A DNA stretch of 32,000 nucleotides from Cylindrospermopsis raciborskii Cr2010. Lineage in GTDB: Bacteria; Cyanobacteriota; Cyanobacteriia; Cyanobacteriales; Nostocaceae. The stretch is from assembly GCF_003367075.2 (NCBI RefSeq), contig NZ_CP065936.1:810001-842000 (forward strand). Direction: 5' to 3'. This document shows, piece by piece, positions 9,164 through 16,144 of this stretch (position 1 is its first letter; each line of letters opens with the position of its first letter). The position numbers and the translations under genes are program-made. The notes under the pieces are model-generated. The model had not been told where the DNA came from. It made no database searches and was given only the letters and a program-made list of their open reading frames with translations.

Positions 9164-9397
9164 ATGGCAAGTATCAAACTGGGTCAATTGCAAACCACCG
9201 GTTCTGAACTATTTCAAGATTCTGAAAGTTTTCTCAATGAAATGAGCGATGTCAATTCTATCTCTGTTTATGGTGGTGGATCTTATGATTTCAGTGATAT
9301 GTCCATATTCACCAAATTAGCAGAAGCATTTGTCAATACCTATGGTATTGGTCATATTGCCTACTTAGCCAAGTCCTACAGCGACTACGACTACTAA
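9164..9397 (+). CDS. Putative RiPP precursor peptide D (tandem family)
   Basis: Leader identical to C in amino acids, then core GSYDFSDMSIFTKLAEAFVNTYGIGHIAYLAKSYSDYDY. Confidence 0.82.
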   Translation: MASIKLGQLQTTGSELFQDSESFLNEMSDVNSISVYGGGSYDFSDMSIFTKLAEAFVNTYGIGHIAYLAKSYSDYDY

Positions 9398-9420
9398 TAC
9401 GCTGAAATAATTAGCCAGTT

Positions 9421-9468
9421 TGGCTCTCCTGGAATCAAAGGTAAATTATTAATACCACAGGAGAGCCA
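9421..9468. repeat. 11-bp perfect inverted repeat between precursor D and E (intercistronic hairpin candidate)
   Basis: TGGCTCTCCTG (9421-9431) and CAGGAGAGCCA (9458-9468), 26-nt loop. Confidence 0.75.
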
Positions 9469-9510
9469 ATAAAAAAGGCTCTAGAATACCCTTAATACCT
9501 ATTAAGATCC

Positions 9511-9720
9511 ATGGCTAAAATTATGATCAATGATCTGGAGCCTATTAACTCAGAAACATTCATTAATGATCTGAATAATCAAAATTCTCAAGCTATTTTT
9601 GGTGGTGAAGATCCTTATTTTGATGGACTGATAAATTTTGGCATCAAAACTCTTGAGTTTATGGTTGTTATCACAGCTATTAATGCCATTTCTTTTCTAG
9701 TATATTCCTTTCAAGAATAA
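9511..9720 (+). CDS. Putative divergent RiPP precursor peptide E with hydrophobic C-terminal part
   Basis: MAKIMINDLEPINSETFINDLNNQNSQAIFGG leader-like with GG, then EDPYFDGLINFGIKTLEFMVVITAINAISFLVYSFQE. Lies 17 nt before the kinase ORF. Confidence 0.6.
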   Translation: MAKIMINDLEPINSETFINDLNNQNSQAIFGGEDPYFDGLINFGIKTLEFMVVITAINAISFLVYSFQE

Positions 9721-9737
9721 CATATCTCCTAAAAATT

Positions 9738-10901
9738 ATGCCATTTGTTTTAAGTTCTGAAAACGTTTTTTCTTACCTGATTTCTCAAAGAATTTGCACT
9801 CAAGAAGAGCAATCAGCAAGCAAGATTGATCTCAAATCTGCTAAAAATTTTAATCTATTACTTACTTTACCCGATAACCGTCAATTATTGGTGAAACAAG
9901 AACGTATTAATCGAGAGGGTAAAACCAGCGGTGAGTTTATAGATGAATGGCAAGTTCATAATTTTTTTCAGACATTTTCAGCAGTAAATCATCTTCGTTC
10001 ATCCCTATCAGAAGCAATACATTTTGATCAGGCAAATTCCATCCTTGTCTTCAACTATCTCAGAGAATATCGGGATATAGGTGAGTTTTATGCCCGAGAA
10101 AATTTATTTCCCATGACAATTGCTCGCTCCCTAGGGGAAATATTGGCATCAATTCATCAGTTGACTTTAGATCGTCCAGAATATGAAAATTTCTTTCAAA
10201 ATTCTCAGATCACCAGAAAACATAAAAATTCTCACGTACATGAGGGAATCCCTAGAATTACACCGGAACTATTTGGTCAACTGACTGCAGATGATTTAAA
10301 ATTCTTTTCCCTGTATCAACGTTATGACAATTTGGGGAAAGCAATTTCCCAATTGGGTCAATCCTATCATGCTTGTTGTTTGACCCATAATGACCTAAAA
10401 CTCAATAATATTCTCCTGTCTTTAAATTGGGAATCTACAATAAGTCAATCATCCGGTAATATCCGGGGGGAAAAAATAATTCGCCTCATTGACTGGGAGC
10501 GTGGTAATTGGGGAGATCCAGCAAGTGATTTAGGTTCCATAATTGCCAGTTATTTACAAATTTGGCTATATAGTATGGTAACCAGTCGAACTATACCAAT
10601 TGAAGAATCACTACGATTAGCAGCTATTCCTTTGCACTTGATACAACCTTCTATAGCAGAACTAGTAGGTGGTTATTTAACTACCTTTCCAGAGATTTTA
10701 GAGCGTCGACCTAATTTTTTGCAATTAGTTGTACAGTTTACTGGCTTTTCATTAATTACCTCCATTCAAGCTAAACTGCAACACGAAAAGACCTTTGGTA
10801 ATTCTGGTATTGCTATTCTTCAGTTAGCCAAAACTCTCTTGTGTCGTCCCCAAACATCCCTCAGCACAATCTTTGGGGAGGATATTAGATTTGAGATCTA
10901 A
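9738..10901 (+). CDS. Aminoglycoside-phosphotransferase-fold kinase, candidate RiPP Ser/Thr kinase
   Basis: Brenner-type motif LTHNDLKLNNILL and metal-binding-type motif RLIDWERGNWGDPASDLGSI; the order is typical of the APH fold. Confidence 0.8.
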   Translation: MPFVLSSENVFSYLISQRICTQEEQSASKIDLKSAKNFNLLLTLPDNRQLLVKQERINREGKTSGEFIDEWQVHNFFQTFSAVNHLRSSLSEAIHFDQANSILVFNYLREYRDIGEFYARENLFPMTIARSLGEILASIHQLTLDRPEYENFFQNSQITRKHKNSHVHEGIPRITPELFGQLTADDLKFFSLYQRYDNLGKAISQLGQSYHACCLTHNDLKLNNILLSLNWESTISQSSGNIRGEKIIRLIDWERGNWGDPASDLGSIIASYLQIWLYSMVTSRTIPIEESLRLAAIPLHLIQPSIAELVGGYLTTFPEILERRPNFLQLVVQFTGFSLITSIQAKLQHEKTFGNSGIAILQLAKTLLCRPQTSLSTIFGEDIRFEI

Positions 10902-10962
10902 TTAAGGCGTCAAAAGGTCAGTCAAGGGGATTTTGTTGTTTTTATCTATAGGTGACAAAACT

Positions 10963-12060
10963 ATGCAATTATTAAATTCTCGCAAATTTCAGCTGACACA
11001 ACTCCCTGAGCAGTTGCAAGATTCTCTGCAGGATATGGTTAGTCACATTCAAATTGAGTCTTATTACTCTATTAAGCATACACGCTACAAGCATTCAATT
11101 CTACCAGATTCTGTAACTTCTCAGTTTGAAAGGCTACCTTTAGAGATACAGCAGCAACATTTAAAATTACAATTGCGTAACTTTATATATAACAACTATT
11201 ATAACGTTAACATAAAGAATAAATCAAGTACAGATGAGAACATAGACAGCAGTAAATTGAACAAACAGCTTGAAAACAATAGTTTGTTTGGGGTAGATCT
11301 AGAATTTTATGATCGTCTACACAATGGGAACAAAGGTAAAGGTTACTGGAGTCATAATTGGGAGATTGTCAAGGAAGAGACAGATGGTACCTTAGCAGTC
11401 TATAAGAACGGCTTAACACTGCACATTGACCCCAATTTACATTTATCACCAACAACTCAAGGTCTCAGTGCTGGAAAGACTATATCCGTTAAAATGCCGA
11501 AGAATTTGGTACAAAACGGCTTTTATATGGCCGTAGCTAATGCGGGAACTCAAAACAATCAGGAGATTACCCGCATCTACTTTAATATAGCAGCTGAAGG
11601 AGCAGCAACAGTGATGGAAAGTGTAACGGAATATCTTAATGATCTTGACATTTCATTCTCTTTTAAAGCATTATATAATCCCGGTGATTATCAACGTTAC
11701 GATTCAGCTGTTCTCTATTTTAATAAAAGTCAACATCAGATAGTCTGGCCTGTTTTGCAAAAAGTCTATGCAGAAAATGAATTATACTTTCAGCAACAGG
11801 TTCCCATGTTCACTAAAATACTAGCACCTGGGTTAGGCTGTGCGGAAGAACCAGAGCAAAAATTTGGCGACCAAGAGAGCTTCGGTACTCACCGCTGTCA
11901 AATTATTGCTAATGGATTAATTGAAGCCTGGCTAGCGGGTGATCATACTCCAGAGTACCGCATAAGTGCTATCTTTAAACAGTTTGCATTACAAAACATC
12001 CAGTTACAACATCCTTATCTCAATCCCCATTCTCAGGATATTTATACTCCCTTTTTTTAA
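10963..12060 (+). CDS. HopA1 effector family-like protein, candidate phospho-Ser/Thr elimination enzyme (ORF track start 10933; ATG at 10963 preferred)
   Basis: GKGYWSHNWEIVKEETDGTLAVYKNGLTLHIDP, FYMAVANAG...TRIYFNIAAEGA, FKALYNPGDYQRYDSAVLYF and FGTHRCQIIANGLIEAW resemble the HopA1 family. It directly follows the APH-type kinase, as in class V lanthipeptide/thioamitide loci. Confidence 0.75.
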   Translation: MQLLNSRKFQLTQLPEQLQDSLQDMVSHIQIESYYSIKHTRYKHSILPDSVTSQFERLPLEIQQQHLKLQLRNFIYNNYYNVNIKNKSSTDENIDSSKLNKQLENNSLFGVDLEFYDRLHNGNKGKGYWSHNWEIVKEETDGTLAVYKNGLTLHIDPNLHLSPTTQGLSAGKTISVKMPKNLVQNGFYMAVANAGTQNNQEITRIYFNIAAEGAATVMESVTEYLNDLDISFSFKALYNPGDYQRYDSAVLYFNKSQHQIVWPVLQKVYAENELYFQQQVPMFTKILAPGLGCAEEPEQKFGDQESFGTHRCQIIANGLIEAWLAGDHTPEYRISAIFKQFALQNIQLQHPYLNPHSQDIYTPFF

Positions 12061-12204
12061 AAAGGGTTTAATTTCAACTGTGAGGATTATTTCCTCACTA
12101 TCCCAAAACATCACTACCAGTCTCATGTCCAATTTTATGGGGTGTTTAACACGAAACTTTAGTAACTGACAAAATAACTATTTAATGACTGATAGAGGTG
12201 ATAA

Positions 12205-12462
12205 ATGATTCCAGAGAATTTTGAACAAAAGCAAGAGTCAGAAAAGATAGATATAACATTCCAGCATATACAAATTCAGCAAATTATTCATGCCATTATT
12301 GCAGGCAAATATGCTTGGGCCTGTATTTTATTTATTTACTTTTCAGGAAGGGATCCCCTCCACTATATACCTCAAGAAATTTACACTAAGTTAGTGAGAG
12401 ATAATTTTCCACCAGTATCAACTAATCGGGAGTTGACAACTGACAAAAAATTGAGTAGTTAG
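12205..12462 (+). CDS. HetP-like protein
   Basis: QIIHAIIAGKYAWACILFIYFSGRDPLHYIPQEIYTKLVRDN resembles the HetP core (IIEAILxGKYSWACVLxLRFxGYNPLHYIPYRTYxRL). Confidence 0.75.
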   Translation: MIPENFEQKQESEKIDITFQHIQIQQIIHAIIAGKYAWACILFIYFSGRDPLHYIPQEIYTKLVRDNFPPVSTNRELTTDKKLSS

Positions 12463-12520
12463 ATTTACTGACCCAGTTTGGAAGATTTAGGTGTGAGGGC
12501 GATCGCAATTTTCCCTGCAA

Positions 12521-12886
12521 GCTGAACAAAAACGTCTATCTCAAGAACATCAACAGGAATATGAACAACGCCAAAGAAAACATGAAGAAGAGATGGACCA
12601 ATTCCGTATATTTATGGAAGAAACCAGGAAGATGGTGGCTGAAACTAATAAAAATATGGGATCCATCACTAGCAGATGGGGTGAGTTTGTAGAAAACTTA
12701 GTTAGACCTGCTGCGGCGCGATTATTTAAGGAGCAGGGTATTAATGTACACTATACCTCTCTTCAGGTAAAAGCTCATGATTATAAAGGTTCCATAGAAA
12801 TTGATATTTGGGCAGAAAATGATGGTGAAATTGTAGCCATTGAAGTTAAGTCTCACTTACCTCTGGTATCCCAAACTAGACACTAA
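12521..12886 (+). pseudogene. Truncated nuclease-like (PD-(D/E)XK / DUF3782-type) ORF, copy 1
   Basis: Open frame AEQKRLSQEHQQEYEQRQRKHEEEMDQFRIFMEETRKMVAETNK...FVENLVRPAAARLFKEQGINV...GSIEIDIWAENDGEIVAIEVKS. It lacks a normal N-terminus and ends soon after the ExK motif. Confidence 0.65.
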
Positions 12887-12965
12887 ATGGACAGGCGATC
12901 GCATGTCTATTTGGTAAACAGGATAAGTTATAATAGAAGAAATTTTTACCTAATATTATAGAATT

Positions 12966-13133
12966 ATTAGCAATGAAACTATTACAATCGCAGATATTTT
13001 TGCTTTATTCAAAGAGAGTGAAAGACAAAGAGAAGCGGAACAAAAGCGTCTATCTCAAGAAATTGAACGGGAACGTGAAGAACGTCAACGGGAAAATGAG
13101 GCCCGTCAGCGAAAACATAAGGTTTATTTTTAA
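12966..13133 (+). pseudogene. Degraded copy 2 of the same family (start codon ATG to ATT)
   Basis: att agc aat gaa act att aca atc gca gat att ttt... aligns to MSNETITLADIFALFKESERQREAE of the 13302 ORF. The frame continues to TAA at 13131-13133. Confidence 0.65.
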
Positions 13134-13301
13134 TTCGTCCAGCAGGAGACTCGGTAGCTATTGACATGAAGGAGGATTTTCAAGCCAAGGTGTGGTAAGT
13201 CTATAAATAGATATGCGATCGCATTTATCGTGTCTATACTACTAGTTGGTAACGTAGGATAAGTTAGAATAGAAGAAGTTTTTACTGAAGGTTATAGACT
13301 T

Positions 13302-13532
13302 ATGAGCAACGAAACAATTACGCTCGCAGATATTTTTGCCTTATTCAAAGAAAGCGAAAGGCAAAGAGAAGCTGAACAAGCTGAACAAAAACGTCTATCT
13401 CAAGAACGTCAACAGGAATATGAACAGCGTCAACGGGAATACGAGGAACGCCAAAGAAAACATGAAGAAGATATGGAGCAATTCCGTATATCTATGGAAG
13501 AAACAGCGATCGCCTTAATGTCTAGTGATTAG
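13302..13532 (+). pseudogene. Copy 3 of the same family, N-terminal coiled-coil part only
   Basis: MSNETITLADIFALFKESERQREAEQAEQKRLSQERQQEYEQRQREYEERQRKHEEDMEQFRISMEETAIALMSSD*. It diverges from copy 1 exactly at GCGATCGC 13506-13513 and lacks the nuclease-like domain. Confidence 0.55.
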
Positions 13533-13535
13533 GAC

Positions 13536-14012
13536 TTGGATAATATGTATAATAAACTGTATGATAGCGATTTAGAATTATGGATCGAACAAACAATTCA
13601 ACAATTGCAAAATCGTGAGTTTGTATCTTTGGATGTTGAGCATTTAATTCAGGAGTTAGTAGATTTGGGTAAGTCCCAGAAGAATACACTTAAAAGTAAT
13701 CTTAAGATATTATTAGCTCACTTACTCAAACTAAAAATTCAGCATGATGCACCTGATATGATGAAAACAAGTTGGTACGGTTCAGTTGTAGAACATCGTC
13801 AACGGGTACTGGATAATTTAGCAGATACTCCATCTCTAAAAGGTTTTCTCGTGGAAGCAGTGGAAAAAGCCTATCCTGATGGACGAAAATTGGCAATTAA
13901 GGAGAGCAAATTTGCTAAATTGGGAGTCCGTCTACCAGAAGAGAGTGAGTATCCCATAATTTGTCCTTTTCAAATAGAGGAAATTCTGGATGAGGACTTT
14001 TATGGAGACTAA
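13536..14012 (+). CDS. DUF29 family protein
   Basis: 158 aa, LYDSDLELWIEQTIQQLQNREFVSLDVEHLIQELVDLGKSQKNTLKSNLKILLAHLLKLKIQHD. Confidence 0.8.
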   Translation: MDNMYNKLYDSDLELWIEQTIQQLQNREFVSLDVEHLIQELVDLGKSQKNTLKSNLKILLAHLLKLKIQHDAPDMMKTSWYGSVVEHRQRVLDNLADTPSLKGFLVEAVEKAYPDGRKLAIKESKFAKLGVRLPEESEYPIICPFQIEEILDEDFYGD

Positions 14013-14022
14013 CCATTATAAC

Positions 14023-15033
14023 CTAGTTGGGAATTTTACCTACAACTTCCCTAACCCGATATATTGGCCTCCCCTGAGACTCATGATAGGTACGCATTAG
14101 CATTTCCGCTAATAGTCCAAAACAAAATAACTGTACTCCGGTAACCAGCAATAATACCGCTAAAATTAGTAGGGGACGACTACCAATGTTGAGATAAAAA
14201 AACAACTTGAGAATGGTGAGATAAATACTTAGTCCCCCACCAATAATGATTGAACCTAAACCTAATAACCCAAAAACGTGCATTGGACTAGTAAGAAACT
14301 TTTTCATAAAAAGAATAGTTATTAAATCCATTAATACACGAAAAGTCCGATATATACCATATTTACTTTTACCAAAACGTCTTGCGTGATGACGTACGGG
14401 AATTTCTGCAATTCTTGCTCCTTCAATATATGCTAATGCAGGTAGAAACCTATGTAGCTCTCCATATAGATTCATATCTGCTACTAATTCTGCACGGTAG
14501 GCCTTGAGAGAACAACCATAGTCATGAACATAAACACCAGTAGCACGACGAATTAACCAGTTAGCAATTTTGGAGGGTATGAGGCGATTTATTGCTCCAT
14601 CCTGGCGATTTTGCCGCCAACCAGTCACTAGGTCATAACCCTCATCTAGTTTAGCTAATAGTGCGGGAATATCCATGGGGTCATTTTGTAAATCCGCATC
14701 TAAGGTAACAATGGTTTCACCTGTGGCATAATTAAAACCAGCGGACATAGCAGCTGTTTGTCCATAATTCCGTCGCAAAATTATTACTTTTAGATCATTG
14801 CGCATTTGAGCCTGGGTCTTGAGAAACTCTGCTGAACCATCCTTAGATCCATCATCTACGCAAACAATTTCATAATTTAATCTATTTACTTGTAAAGCAT
14901 GACAAATTCCCTCTAGCAATAATGGCAAACTTTCTAGTTCATCTTTAATCGGTAAAACTACTGAAATGTCAAGTGCTTTATATTGACTACTAGATAATTT
15001 TTCATTAGTGGCTGGCAGTGGATAATTAGTCAT
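14023..15033 (-). CDS. GT2 family glycosyltransferase, polyprenyl-phosphate sugar transferase-like, with C-terminal TM helices
   Basis: DISVVLPIKDELESLPLLLEGI, VCVDDGSKDGSAEFL, IVTLDADLQNDPMDI, then two hydrophobic C-terminal segments. Confidence 0.88.
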   Translation of the reverse strand: MTNYPLPATNEKLSSSQYKALDISVVLPIKDELESLPLLLEGICHALQVNRLNYEIVCVDDGSKDGSAEFLKTQAQMRNDLKVIILRRNYGQTAAMSAGFNYATGETIVTLDADLQNDPMDIPALLAKLDEGYDLVTGWRQNRQDGAINRLIPSKIANWLIRRATGVYVHDYGCSLKAYRAELVADMNLYGELHRFLPALAYIEGARIAEIPVRHHARRFGKSKYGIYRTFRVLMDLITILFMKKFLTSPMHVFGLLGLGSIIIGGGLSIYLTILKLFFYLNIGSRPLLILAVLLLVTGVQLFCFGLLAEMLMRTYHESQGRPIYRVREVVGKIPN

Positions 15034-15095
15034 AAGTATTACTAAATGTAGAAATAAGTAGGGTTAGAATTAGTAGTGGTTAATGTAGTTAATAT

Positions 15096-15809
15096 TTACC
15101 ATTCTTGGGAAATGGGGATGTAACTTCTCACAACCCTACCAGATCCACGCAGTTGTTTATAGTATAACTGACTAATGCGATCGCCATCTGGTGATAATTG
15201 ATCAATTCCGATTCCGTTGCGTCCCTGGTCTTTTCCCGAGCTGTGAATATAATATCCATTTCCTAAATATAAACCCACATGGGTGGCTTTTTGGTTAGTA
15301 CCAAAAAATACTAAATCTCCTAGCTGTATCTCATTAATATCTATAGTTTGAGTAAATGCTTCTTGTTGATAAGCGTCCCTTGGTATCCACACACCAACGG
15401 ATAGAAAAGCAGCCTGCACTAAACCGGAACAATCATAATTGGGCCCTACGGTTCCGCCCCATAGATAATAATTGGTTTGTCTCATGGCTTTTTGAGTAAA
15501 TTCAATTACTTCTGGTACAAGTTTCTCGATTTCTAAGGCGGTAAAATTAGCTGGTTGATAGGGTTTTGTGGCAAGTTTTAATAAGCGCAAATCATTGGGA
15601 TCAATCCATCCTCGGTACTGATCTTCACACAAATAAACTTCAACACAAGTATCTTGAATTTGTCCTTCCTGGGGAATTCTTAAATTCCTTCCCCTAGCAG
15701 CTTGGGTTGCTAATCGGACACATTCAGGAGAATCATAAATGTTTAGGTTGCTTATACATTGATATTCAATCATTTCCATAATGTTTTCTTGGGCAAGTTC
15801 ATGGTCCAT
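15096..15809 (-). CDS. NlpC/P60 (C40) family cell-wall hydrolase-like protein
   Basis: YDCSGLVQAAF, GDLVFFGTNQKATHVGLYLGNGYYIHSSG: Cys and His motifs of NlpC/P60. Confidence 0.88.
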   Translation of the reverse strand: MDHELAQENIMEMIEYQCISNLNIYDSPECVRLATQAARGRNLRIPQEGQIQDTCVEVYLCEDQYRGWIDPNDLRLLKLATKPYQPANFTALEIEKLVPEVIEFTQKAMRQTNYYLWGGTVGPNYDCSGLVQAAFLSVGVWIPRDAYQQEAFTQTIDINEIQLGDLVFFGTNQKATHVGLYLGNGYYIHSSGKDQGRNGIGIDQLSPDGDRISQLYYKQLRGSGRVVRSYIPISQEW

Positions 15810-15898
15810 ACAAAAAATTCCCAGTATTTTACGTGTCAGTTAATAAACTGTCACCATCCAGGTTGGTTACTCACTTTGTAGGGAATATTCTAAATTAC

Positions 15899-16060
15899 AT
15901 GCAAGGAGTGATACCTCTTTACTCAGGTTTGTTATTGACTTCGCTCTGCTCCGTGTAATGGAAATGTTTGAAGTTCTCCATACCAAGTCTGGAGTAAGTT
16001 GGTGAAACTTATACGGGGGAGTGCCTGAGTACCTTAAAGAAACTCAGGTGCTTTTTTTTG
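15899..16060 (+). ncRNA. Candidate structured small RNA (identity unresolved; a 6S-like rod is one possibility)
   Basis: Noncoding interval with complementary segments: TACTCAGG near 15921 with CCTGAGTA near 16024; CTCCGTGTAA with TTATACGGGG; internal hairpins CTCCA/TGGAG and TAAGTT-ggtga-AACTTA. It ends in a strong terminator. Confidence 0.45.
16021..16059 (+). terminator. Rho-independent terminator
   Basis: GTGCCTGAGT-accttaaagaa-ACTCAGGTGC followed by a run of T (ttttttt). Confidence 0.85.
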
Positions 16061-16144
16061 ACTGCTTATGGCTAAAGCTATATACTTATACTACTGCAAA
16101 AGTTAACCTATTTGTTAATCTCTTTTTTGGGTAAGCGTGGATAA

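Noticed and set aside
8556-9397. Possible CRISPR-like or noncoding tandem repeat reading of the triplicated block
   Set aside because: Repeat units are whole protein-coding genes of about 300 nt with ribosome-binding sites and conserved frames, with no short regularly spaced repeats.
9738-10901. Antibiotic-resistance aminoglycoside phosphotransferase
   Set aside because: The fold motifs are shared, but the position between GG-leader peptides and a HopA1-like gene favours a RiPP kinase. Resistance is not supported.
11966-12169. Plus-strand 67-aa ORF overlapping the HopA1-like 3' end
   Set aside because: Out of frame with the conserved CDS and no family features.
12973-13164. ORF MKLLQSQIFLLYSKRVKDKEK...
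   Set aside because: Shifted frame of the degraded copy 2. The homologous frame starts at 12966 (ATT) and reads SNETITIADIFALFKESERQREAE.
13336-13518. ORF MPYSKKAKGKEKLNKLNK...
   Set aside because: Out-of-frame reading of the repetitive Glu/Arg/Gln coding region of 13302-13532.
12480-14012. Mobile element explanation for fragment copies
   Set aside because: No transposase, terminal inverted repeats or target-site duplications could be recognised, so no mobile element is called.
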